Notes: generated by a model not told the origin, from the sequence alone. DNA of 64,000 nucleotides from Advenella sp. (GCA_034006805.1 JAVESC010000001.1:42627-106626), one strand, 5' to 3'; shown: positions 39,855-48,087, counted from the first letter of the stretch. Numbers and translations: made by a program.

Positions 39855-41932
39855 GCACAACTAATCTTGATGGCCTGAATGATGCCCAGCGTGAAGCAGT
39901 CCTGTACCTGGACGGACCTTGCCTGGTATTGGCCGGAGCAGGAAGTGGCAAGACAAGTGTGATTACCCGGAAAATTGCCTACCTGGTCAACACCTGCGGC
40001 TATGAGGCCAAAGGGGTTGTGGCGCTTACGTTTACCAACAAGGCGGCCAGGGAAATGGCAGAGCGGATTAAAACGCTCATTGACCGAAAACTGATGAAAG
40101 GGTTGATTATCAGTACTTTTCATTCGCTGGGCGTCAGGTTCTTGCGGGAAGAAGCGGCACACGCCGGTCTGAAACCGCAGTTTTCCATTCTGGACGCCAA
40201 TGATACCTACGGGATTGTGCAGGAAATGCTGGCAACCACTGACAAGGGGCGGATTCGTATGGTGCAGCAAAAAATATCGCTCTGGAAAAATGACCTGGTC
40301 AGCCCGGATATGGCCGAAAGAATCGCACAAACTCCTGACGAGGTGGATGCCGCCCTGGTGTATCGCAGTTATGATGCCACCCTTAAGGCATACCAGTCGG
40401 TTGATTTTGATGATCTGGTTCGCCTGCCGGCCCAGTTGATGATGCAAAATGCCGAAGTGCGAGAACGTTGGCAAAAACGGGTGAAATACCTGCTGGTTGA
40501 TGAATACCAGGATACCAATGTTTGCCAGTATGAGTGGGTAAAGCAATTAACCGGCTTCAGGAATATGTTTACTGCTGTGGGCGATGACGACCAGGCCATT
40601 TATGCCTGGCGTGGTGCCACTATTGAGAATCTGGCCAAGCTGACGAAAGATTATAAAAGCCTGAAATTGATCAAGCTGGAACAGAACTACCGTTCGGTGG
40701 AAACCGTGCTTAATGCGGCTAACCAGGTTATTTCAAAAAATCCCAACCTGTTTGGCAAAAAACTCTGGTCAAACCTGGGCAGGGGTGAACCTATTCAGGT
40801 TATTTCCATGGACAATGAAGAGGCTGAAGCCGAGTCGGTGGGCATGCGTATATCGGCCTCCCGTTTTGAGCGTAATGCGCAGTGGAAAGATTACGCAGTT
40901 CTTTACCGGGGTAATCATCAGGCCCGTATTATTGAACAGACGTTCAGGCAATTGCGTATTCCTTATACCATTTCGGGCGGGCAAAGTTTTTTTGATAAAG
41001 CCGAAGTGCGGGATGTCTTGTCTTATTTAAGGCTGATCGCCAATGAGGAAGATGATCCGGCCTTTATTCGGGCGGTTACTACGCCAAGGCGAGGGGTTGG
41101 GCAGGCCACCCTGACGGCATTGGGTGAACATGCGGTTGAAAAAAAATGCTCGCTTTTTGATGCGGTTTTTGAAGAAGGACTGGAAGATAAAATTGCCAAT
41201 CGGCAGCTTGAACCCATGCGGGTATTTGCCAAATTCATCCAGACTATTCGGTGGCGCGCCAGCAAGGGCAAGGGTGATCCGGCCCAGACCGTACAGCCGG
41301 CACCGGCCGATGTGTTGCTGGATGATATCCTTAAATACATGAATTACGAGCATTACCTGTATGAAACCCAGGAAGAGCGGACAGCGGAAAATCGCTGGTT
41401 GAATGTACTGGAGCTGGTGGATTGGCTTAAGCGCAAAGCACAGGAAGATGGCCTTAACCTGATGCAGCTGGTGCAGCATATCGCCCTGATTACCATGCTT
41501 GAACGCAGTGAAGAGGATGAGGAGCCGGATGCCGTCAAGTTGACCACTATCCATGCTTCCAAGGGGCTTGAGTACCCTTATGTGCACATGGTGGGCGTAG
41601 AAGAAGGTTTATTGCCCCATTTGGGCAAGGATGATGAATATGGCGATGCCAATAAAGATGCCGAGGCGCTGGATGTGCGTATCCAGGAAGAGCGCAGGCT
41701 TATGTATGTTGGGATTACACGGGCACAGTTTCACCTGACCCTGACCTGGTGTAAAAAACGCCGTCGGGCGCGTGAAGACCTGATTCGTGAACCTTCCCGT
41801 TTTATTGGTGAAATGGGGCTGGACAGTGGCAAGCAGCAATTGCAGGATCCATACCAGGGCATGAGCCCCAAGGAAAGGCTGGTGAAATTAAAAGAAATGC
41901 TACAGAAAAAAACGGGCACTGCCGAAGCGTAA
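39851..41932 (+). CDS. rep: ATP-dependent DNA helicase Rep (UvrD/Rep superfamily 1)
   Basis: GPCLVLAGAGSGKTSVITRKIAYLVNTCGY closely matches the Rep N-terminus. LLVDEYQDTN motif. ATGA overlap with priA. Confidence 0.85.
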   Translation: MSTTNLDGLNDAQREAVLYLDGPCLVLAGAGSGKTSVITRKIAYLVNTCGYEAKGVVALTFTNKAAREMAERIKTLIDRKLMKGLIISTFHSLGVRFLREEAAHAGLKPQFSILDANDTYGIVQEMLATTDKGRIRMVQQKISLWKNDLVSPDMAERIAQTPDEVDAALVYRSYDATLKAYQSVDFDDLVRLPAQLMMQNAEVRERWQKRVKYLLVDEYQDTNVCQYEWVKQLTGFRNMFTAVGDDDQAIYAWRGATIENLAKLTKDYKSLKLIKLEQNYRSVETVLNAANQVISKNPNLFGKKLWSNLGRGEPIQVISMDNEEAEAESVGMRISASRFERNAQWKDYAVLYRGNHQARIIEQTFRQLRIPYTISGGQSFFDKAEVRDVLSYLRLIANEEDDPAFIRAVTTPRRGVGQATLTALGEHAVEKKCSLFDAVFEEGLEDKIANRQLEPMRVFAKFIQTIRWRASKGKGDPAQTVQPAPADVLLDDILKYMNYEHYLYETQEERTAENRWLNVLELVDWLKRKAQEDGLNLMQLVQHIALITMLERSEEDEEPDAVKLTTIHASKGLEYPYVHMVGVEEGLLPHLGKDDEYGDANKDAEALDVRIQEERRLMYVGITRAQFHLTLTWCKKRRRAREDLIREPSRFIGEMGLDSGKQQLQDPYQGMSPKERLVKLKEMLQKKTGTAEA

Positions 41933-41990
41933 ATGATTGACATCCTCCCCGCCCTGAACGACGGGGTTTTACGCGCAAATCCGATAAAAA
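41933..41990 (-). repeat. Intergenic repeat element, copy 1 (hairpin plus TTTGCGCG-containing arm), minus orientation
   Basis: The reverse complement reads tttttatcggatttgcgcgtaaaa ccccgtcg ttca gggcgggg aggatgtcaatcat. The 28 nt at 41963-41990 are the exact inverted match of 43024-43051. Confidence 0.8.
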
Positions 41991-42020
41991 AGCCTTCGGT
42001 ATATATGTCCGAAGGCTTTT
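41987..42020. terminator. Bidirectional terminator between rep and the cytochrome c gene
   Basis: aaaagccttcgg tatatatgt ccgaaggctttt: a 12-bp stem with T runs on both strands. Confidence 0.8.
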
Positions 42021-42043
42021 GAGTTGTTGCGTAGCGCGTTATA

Positions 42044-42580
42044 TTATTGCGCTGCAGGTGCTTCGGGTTCGGTTAAAGAACCGCCAGCTTTGTTCACCAT
42101 ATATACAACAGCACGTTTTACTTCAATATCATCAAGGCTGGTATCGCCACCTTTGGCAGGCATGCCGTTAAAGCCTTCCAGTGAGTGTTTGAAGAGGGTA
42201 TCTTCACCATTCGCTATGCGTGGCGCCCACGCCGCAGTGTCTCCAATTTTGGGCGCGCCGGCTATACCGGCGTCATGACAGGCCATGCAAAGCTTGTTGT
42301 ACAGGGCTTCACCGGTCAGTAATTGTTTGGGACCGGTGTCTTCGGCTTCTTCTACAATGGTAACGTTATACAAAGCGACCGGAGCGATGCGGGCGGCAAT
42401 GGCCTCATGAGACATGGCATCTGAACCATGGCCTGTTCTTGGTGTTGTGTCTACCAGTTTTACCAGTAAAATGATGGCGATGACAGGCACCAGAAATGAC
42501 AATCCCACGACAGCAATCAGCTGCTTGGGTGATTTGATGGGGCTTTGGTGTTCTTCGTTGTGTACGGTTTGTTCGCTCAT
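42044..42580 (-). CDS. Membrane-anchored c-type cytochrome (cytochrome c5-like)
   Basis: N-terminal TM helix LIAVVGLSFLVPVIAIILLV, haem-binding CMACH, and a distal Met in GFNGMPAKGG. Confidence 0.85.
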   Translation of the reverse strand: MSEQTVHNEEHQSPIKSPKQLIAVVGLSFLVPVIAIILLVKLVDTTPRTGHGSDAMSHEAIAARIAPVALYNVTIVEEAEDTGPKQLLTGEALYNKLCMACHDAGIAGAPKIGDTAAWAPRIANGEDTLFKHSLEGFNGMPAKGGDTSLDDIEVKRAVVYMVNKAGGSLTEPEAPAAQ

Positions 42581-42888
42581 GGATAAAATCCTACGGTTTT
42601 TTGTTGGCGCAAAAATGAGTGGGTTGTTAAATCCGGTAATTTAGTATTGTGAGTATGTATTATACTTACTAAAGATACACGGGTGATTAGATTATAGTGA
42701 TGAATTATAGCGACACTACCTGAATTTTGTATGAATTCCAACCGCATTCTCTCTTAAAATACTGTTTTAACGTGTCTTATATGACAAAGCAACGGCATGT
42801 TTCACGATTTGGCTTATCTTTTAAACAGAAAGCTTATTAAATAGTAGCAGCGATTAATATTAATAAGGTACAATTACAGGTTGTGTCA

Positions 42889-42963
42889 GTCTCCGTAGTT
42901 CAATGGATAGAATAAGAGTTTCCGAAGCTCTTGATACAGGTTCGATTCCTGTCGGAGGCACCA
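42889..42963 (+). tRNA. tRNA-Arg (anticodon CCG), CCA encoded
   Basis: Manual cloverleaf. Acceptor stem gtctccg/cggaggc, D stem gttc/gaat, anticodon stem agagt/gctct with loop ttCCGaa, T arm acagg ttcgatt cctgt, 3' end acca. Confidence 0.9.
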
Positions 42964-43023
42964 AAAAATACCTATACTGCTTGATGGCAGTACTGAAGAG
43001 AAGGCCCTTACTTTCCTATGAAA

Positions 43024-43051
43024 GCCGGGGCTTTTTTTATCGGATTTGCGC
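43024..43051 (+). repeat. Intergenic repeat element, copy 2 (partial, plus orientation)
   Basis: tttttatcggatttgcgcgtaaaacccc is a perfect inverted match to 41963-41990. Confidence 0.8.
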
Positions 43052-43126
43052 GTAAAACCCCAGTCTTTTGCGACAGCCTCTTTAGGGAGGGGAAGAAGTC
43101 AAGTTGTTGAATAAAATTTAGTCATC

Positions 43127-43170
43127 AATTTGCGCGGGAAACCTCGCCCTTCAGGGCGGGGTGATTGACA
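43127..43170 (+). repeat. Intergenic repeat element, copy 3 (diverged, complete hairpin)
   Basis: aatttgcgcgggaaa cctcgccc ttca gggcgggg tgattgaca. It has the same architecture as copy 1, with stem substitutions that keep or improve pairing. Confidence 0.7.
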
Positions 43171-43474
43171 AAATATCCCTGTATTTTTAAATCCAAAAAG
43201 TCAGATCGGCCATCAAGTCACATTGACATATATAAAGAATTACAGTAAAAAATTGCTACAACTTAAGCGCGTGGCAAACGGTTCATAGCAACAGATTTAC
43301 CTTATCAAGAAAACTGAAACCGGTCATGAGTATGCATCTTGCGCAGGATAAACATCTGTTCTTCATCTCAGCCTTGTTCAGCGATGCAAACGACGAGGCC
43401 AGAATATGTTTTATTCTGAAAACGCCCTGGTTTCATAAAATAGTTACGCCCTCTATATTTAAAGGATAGTTAGC

Positions 43475-44542
43475 ATGTCTTTATTCACCAATGCTTTACG
43501 AAAAACCGCTGCAACAGCGCTTGTAGCAACCATGCTTGTGGGTACCACCGCATTGGCTTGCACCCGGCTAGTCTATCATGGTGTTGATGATCAGGTCCTT
43601 ACCGCCCGCTCAATGGACTGGAGTGTTGATGTGGAAACCAATTTGTGGGTTTTCCCCCGGGGCATGGAAAGAAATGGCCAGGCCGGTGAGAACTCCCTTC
43701 GCTGGACCTCAAAATATGGCAGTGTGATTTCATCAGGTTATGATATTTCAACCACAGACGGCATGAATGAAGCTGGACTGGTTGCCAATTTGCTGTGGCT
43801 GGTTGAGTCCAGTTACCCAGAGTTTGGCGAAAGCACTGCACCGGGTCTGAGCATTGCAGCCTGGGGACAATACATTCTGGATAACTTCGCAACGGTTCAA
43901 GAGGCGGTTGATGAACTGCGCAAGCAACCTTACACAATCGTCTCACGCGATGTACCGGGACAAAACAGGTTAGCCACGCTACATTTGGCCATATCTGACG
44001 CCAGTGGTGATAGTGCCATTGTGGAATATATTGATGGCAAGGCAGTGATTCATCACAGTCGTGAATATCAGGTCCTGACCAACTCACCAACGTTTGAGCG
44101 CCAGCTTGCATTGCATTCGTATTGGACCGAGATTGGTGGTACCGTCATGCTGCCGGGTACCAACCGTGCCGCTGACCGCTTTACGCGTGCGGCTTTCTAT
44201 GTGAATGCCATTCCTCGTGAAGAAGACGCGCGCAAGACGATTGCCAGCGTGTTCAGCGTTATTCGCAACGTTTCTGTGCCCTTTGGTATCAGTACCCCTG
44301 ACCAGCCCAATATTTCATCAACCCGCTGGCGTACCGTGGCTGACCAGAAGCGTATGCTTTACTTTTTTGAGAGTGCGCTAACACCCAATGTTTTCTGGGT
44401 CGAGCTTAACAACCTTGATTTTTCTGAAAAAACAGGCAAAGTCAAAAAACTGGATCTGGGTCCCAATCAGGCGAATACTTTCTCAGGTGTCGTTAATGAT
44501 AAATTCGAGGAATCCAAGCCTTTCGAGTTTTTGGGTCTTTGA
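43475..44542 (+). CDS. Secreted Ntn hydrolase of the choloylglycine hydrolase / penicillin V acylase family (linear amide C-N hydrolase), paralog 1
   Basis: The signal peptide ends TALA directly before the nucleophile Cys (CTRLVY). Family positions ARSMDW, TNSP and NRAADRF are present. Confidence 0.8.
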   Translation: MSLFTNALRKTAATALVATMLVGTTALACTRLVYHGVDDQVLTARSMDWSVDVETNLWVFPRGMERNGQAGENSLRWTSKYGSVISSGYDISTTDGMNEAGLVANLLWLVESSYPEFGESTAPGLSIAAWGQYILDNFATVQEAVDELRKQPYTIVSRDVPGQNRLATLHLAISDASGDSAIVEYIDGKAVIHHSREYQVLTNSPTFERQLALHSYWTEIGGTVMLPGTNRAADRFTRAAFYVNAIPREEDARKTIASVFSVIRNVSVPFGISTPDQPNISSTRWRTVADQKRMLYFFESALTPNVFWVELNNLDFSEKTGKVKKLDLGPNQANTFSGVVNDKFEESKPFEFLGL

Positions 44543-44571
44543 TACTTGATTATATTTAAAAGGATGCAGGA

Positions 44572-45333
44572 ATGGTTCAGTCCTATTTAAGGCGCTCACG
44601 GCCAACGCTTCAGGCGGGTATTTCTGCCTTGGCATGTTGCTTGGTTTCCTCAGTGGCTTTCGCGCAGAATGCCGGTTGGCAAGGGCAAATTACCCCCTAT
44701 GTCTGGGCAACGGGTATGGGCGGCGATATCAGGCCTTTTTCAGGAGCGCCCACTATTTCCTATGAGCGCTCTTTTTCCGAAACCTTGAAAGATCTGGATG
44801 CCGCTTTTTTTGTTAATGCTTTTGCCAGAAAAGAACGCTTCGTTGTGGCCGGAGACCTTTTATATGCAAGCCTTTCCAGAAAAGGGCAGATTTATCCCGG
44901 TATTTCAGCCAAGGGCAAGTTACGGTTGGGCGCCCTGACGCTAACCGGTGGATACCGCGCACTTGATGATTCATGGCTAACACTGGACGTGATGGCAGGG
45001 GCACGGGTCTGGCGGGCCCGTGGTGCTGTTAGTGTCCCAATTATTGGTGAGCAGAAGTCCAGTACACAAACTTTTGTTGATCCGGTGGTGGCATTGCGCG
45101 CCAATGTCAAGTTGGATCCAAGTTGGTCTGTATTGGCGTATGGTGATATTGGCGGTTTTGGTACCGGCTCCGAGAAAACCAAACAATTCGCCTTAAGTGT
45201 CAATTATCAAGTCAATGAAAATATTTATGTATCAACCGGGTATCGTTACCTTGACCTGGATTACAAGCATAAAGGCATGCGGCTTGATACAAAATTAACG
45301 GGGCCGTTTCTTGGGCTGACCTGGAAATTCTGA
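44572..45333 (+). CDS. Outer-membrane beta-barrel protein
   Basis: Signal peptide ending AFA before QN, alternating hydrophobic beta-strand pattern and a C-terminal LTWKF aromatic terminus. Confidence 0.7.
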   Translation: MVQSYLRRSRPTLQAGISALACCLVSSVAFAQNAGWQGQITPYVWATGMGGDIRPFSGAPTISYERSFSETLKDLDAAFFVNAFARKERFVVAGDLLYASLSRKGQIYPGISAKGKLRLGALTLTGGYRALDDSWLTLDVMAGARVWRARGAVSVPIIGEQKSSTQTFVDPVVALRANVKLDPSWSVLAYGDIGGFGTGSEKTKQFALSVNYQVNENIYVSTGYRYLDLDYKHKGMRLDTKLTGPFLGLTWKF

Positions 45334-45358
45334 GGCAGGTCTATACGCAAGCCAGCTT

Positions 45359-46402
45359 TTGCTGGTTTCTTCATTACTTTTAAGTGGGATCACAATAGCT
45401 ATGGCATGTACACGAGTGGTTTATTTGGGCGAAGAGCAGCAGATTATTACAGCCCGCTCAATGGACTGGAAAATGGATGTGGGCACCAATCTGTGGGCAT
45501 TGCCCCGTGGGGTGAAACGTACGGGTCTGGCTGGTCCAAACTCTCTTGCCTGGGAGTCCAGGTATGGCAGTCTGATTGCCACGGGTTATGATATTGCCAC
45601 CACTGACGGCCTTAATGAAAAAGGCCTGGCTGCTAACCTGTTATGGCTGGTTGAATCAGAATACCCAACATTGACGCCAGACAGCAAACCCGGGTTGAAT
45701 ATTTCCCTGTGGGCGCAATATATGCTGGATAGTTTCGCCACGGTTGATGAAGCGGTCAAGACACTGGAAAAAGAACCCTTTACCCTGGTGTCTGATCAGG
45801 TTCCGGGACAGGGCCGTTTGGCAACTTTGCATCTTTCATTGTCGGATGCCTCCGGAGACAGCGCTATTATTGAATATATTGGTGGCAAGCAGGTCATTCA
45901 CCATGACCGGAAATACCAAGTCATGACCAACTCGCCCGTATTTAGTGATCAGTTGGCGCTAAATGCTTATTGGAAACAAATTGGCGGCACCGTAATGTTA
46001 CCGGGTACTAACCGGGCGGCGGACCGTTTCGTGCGTGCTTCGTTTTATGTAGATGCCATCCCGCAAAAAGCCCCTATTGCCGACTCCCTGGCCAGTATGT
46101 TTGGGGTCATCCGCAATGTGTCGGTTCCTTATGGCATTGCTTCTGAAACAGAGCCGAATATATCGTCAACACGCTGGCGAACCGTGGTTGATCACAAACA
46201 TTTGAATTATTTCTTTGAGTCGGCTTTCAGTCCCAATGCTTTTTGGGTAGACTTGAAAAAAATCGATTTTGGCCTGGATCCATCCAAAGCTCTGAAGCTG
46301 GATTTGGGGCCCATGGCAAGCAAGGTGCATGCAGGTGAAGTCTCGTCCTCTTTTGAGCAAACCCAGCCATTTTCCTTTTTGTCTGCGGGAGTTGGCAACT
46401 AG
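45359..46402 (+). CDS. Secreted Ntn hydrolase of the choloylglycine hydrolase / penicillin V acylase family, paralog 2
   Basis: AMA before CTRVVY. Same ARSMDW, TNSP and NRAADRF motifs. Colinear with paralog 1 over its whole length. TTG start per the track. Confidence 0.8.
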   Translation: MLVSSLLLSGITIAMACTRVVYLGEEQQIITARSMDWKMDVGTNLWALPRGVKRTGLAGPNSLAWESRYGSLIATGYDIATTDGLNEKGLAANLLWLVESEYPTLTPDSKPGLNISLWAQYMLDSFATVDEAVKTLEKEPFTLVSDQVPGQGRLATLHLSLSDASGDSAIIEYIGGKQVIHHDRKYQVMTNSPVFSDQLALNAYWKQIGGTVMLPGTNRAADRFVRASFYVDAIPQKAPIADSLASMFGVIRNVSVPYGIASETEPNISSTRWRTVVDHKHLNYFFESAFSPNAFWVDLKKIDFGLDPSKALKLDLGPMASKVHAGEVSSSFEQTQPFSFLSAGVGN

Positions 46403-46463
46403 CACTGTGCAGTAGCGCAGGCGCTTAGATATCCGGTTTTTTCCGGATGCGCTTTTGAACTGA

Positions 46464-46506
46464 CCCCAAAAAACTGGACCCGTTTTCAGTCTTTTTGGGG
46501 TTTTTT
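46464..46506 (+). terminator. Rho-independent terminator after the hydrolase cassette
   Basis: ccccaaaaaactg ... cagtctttttgggg stem followed by tttttt. Confidence 0.75.
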
Positions 46507-46581
46507 AATATTGTTCAAGTGCGCGATAAGCCACACCGCTTATGTATTGGGATTCAGCAAGCCATGGGTGGCCAGTCATGA

Positions 46582-46830
46582 GCGGTCGGGTTTCATGGGG
46601 CCCCGGAAGGGATTTTGCTGGAGCGGCTTCGTTATATCAATGATGAGCCCATTTCCTATGTGCAAACCTGGCGGCCTACCTGCAGGTTAAAAACAGAAGC
46701 CCCTTGTTGCAATTGCAGGCCAGTTATTACCGCCTGGCACCGTGAAGACAAAGTGGTGTTTGATATTGCCGTTGATGCCTCTTTGGAAAACAGGATTCAG
46801 GTGAAAAATTTTCAGCGCGTGCTAAAGTAA
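46582..46830 (+). pseudogene. Possible remnant of a GntR/HutC-type regulator (UTRA effector domain fragment)
   Basis: The open frame reads ..GILLERLRYINDEPISYVQTW.., resembling the UTRA domain core. It is then Cys/Arg-rich nonsense, with no HTH and no RBS. Confidence 0.3.
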
Positions 46831-46864
46831 TCACTTTTCAATCATTATTGTTATTTCTTCTGCC

Positions 46865-47437
46865 ATGACCCAGTTAGTACCTGTCCTTTCATTTGCCCAT
46901 CAGCTCTTAAGACAGGCGGTGCAGCCTGGCGATGTTGCAGTTGATGCCACTATGGGTAACGGCCATGATACGGTGGTGCTGGCCCAATGTGTGGGTGCCG
47001 GTGGCAAGGTTTATGCGTTTGATGTACAGGAACAGGCTTTGCGTAAAACACGGCGTCGCCTGCAGGCAGCCGGTCTTGACGATCAGGTTGAATTGATTTG
47101 CCAAGGGCACCAGCATATGAATGAACATGTGCGACAGGCTGTGTCGGCGGTTATTTTTAATCTGGGTTATTTGCCAGGTGGCAATAAGGCGCTGACTACC
47201 CAGCGGGACACGACGCTGGCCGCCACTACCCAGGGGCTGGCTTTGTTGCGGCAGCATGGTTTGTTATTGCTGGTTATTTATCCCGGGCATGAGCCGGGCA
47301 GAATAGAACAGGACGCCATCGAGGCTTTGGTAACCGGGTTGGACCAGCAGCATTTCCAGGTATTGCGTTACCAGTTTACCAACCAGAAGAATAATCCGCC
47401 TTATTTACTGGCTATTGAAAGGCTGTCTGCCGTTTAA
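46865..47437 (+). CDS. mnmM: MnmM/YtqB-type class I SAM-dependent methyltransferase (tRNA mnm5s2U34 methyltransferase-like)
   Basis: VDATMGNGHDT, VYAFDVQE, FNLGYLPGGNK, VIYPGHEPG and NNPPYLLAIE are colinear with the Bacillus YtqB motifs as I recall them. Confidence 0.7.
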   Translation: MTQLVPVLSFAHQLLRQAVQPGDVAVDATMGNGHDTVVLAQCVGAGGKVYAFDVQEQALRKTRRRLQAAGLDDQVELICQGHQHMNEHVRQAVSAVIFNLGYLPGGNKALTTQRDTTLAATTQGLALLRQHGLLLLVIYPGHEPGRIEQDAIEALVTGLDQQHFQVLRYQFTNQKNNPPYLLAIERLSAV

Positions 47438-47808
47438 AGGTGTGACAGGGTTTCCTGGGCCGATTGTGTGAGCTGTTCCTTGAAAGCAGTCCTGGCCTTG
47501 ATTAAATAATCATCATTGAAACGGGCAATTTTTTTATTGTTGCGCCCGTCTTTGATCTGGCTGATAATATAACCGCCTTTGGTGCAATGCCGCAGAATCA
47601 GCAAGTCATATTGCAGGGCGCTATTGGGATTGTAATGCTTGAAGATTTGGGGCAAGCCTTTTTTCAGGCCTTTATCACTAAGCCAGCCAGAACGGGAATA
47701 AAACTCCGGGTTCTCTTCTTTCTGACAAGGTAGCGCCAGGTTTATATAGAAAGGATTGTCTTTATGAACGCGGTCATCAAAGTTTCTGTACAAATAGGCA
47801 GTTTCCAT
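47434..47808 (-). CDS. Hypothetical protein (124 aa), no family recognised
   Basis: ORF with visibly lower GC than its neighbours. Its stop overlaps the mnmM-like stop (convergent). No motif recognised. Confidence 0.45.
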   Translation of the reverse strand: METAYLYRNFDDRVHKDNPFYINLALPCQKEENPEFYSRSGWLSDKGLKKGLPQIFKHYNPNSALQYDLLILRHCTKGGYIISQIKDGRNNKKIARFNDDYLIKARTAFKEQLTQSAQETLSHL

Positions 47809-48087
47809 GGGACACCCATATAAATCAAAATGTTATGTGGGCATTATCCATGGCTTATGTTAAGAAATAGTGACAGCTCCTGGATTGAATCGTTTTCGTG
47901 ATGGTATTGTTTTGCGGCATGTTGCCTTGTATTGCAGTTGATACCAAACGCGTTGTCGTAAGCGATTGGCTAAAAGCAAGCAAAACAGTTCTGCAATAAT
48001 ATGGGGTAACAATTGATTTAAATCAATTATATGATTGTTTCTTCAAAAAAGAGATAGACAAGCGAAAATAACTTATCGCCATATTTT

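Noticed and set aside
39821-40546. 241-aa ORF on the minus strand
   Set aside because: It lies entirely antisense to the strongly conserved rep helicase N-terminal domain. Its product is His/Gln/Pro/Gly-rich with no motif. It is a typical shadow ORF.
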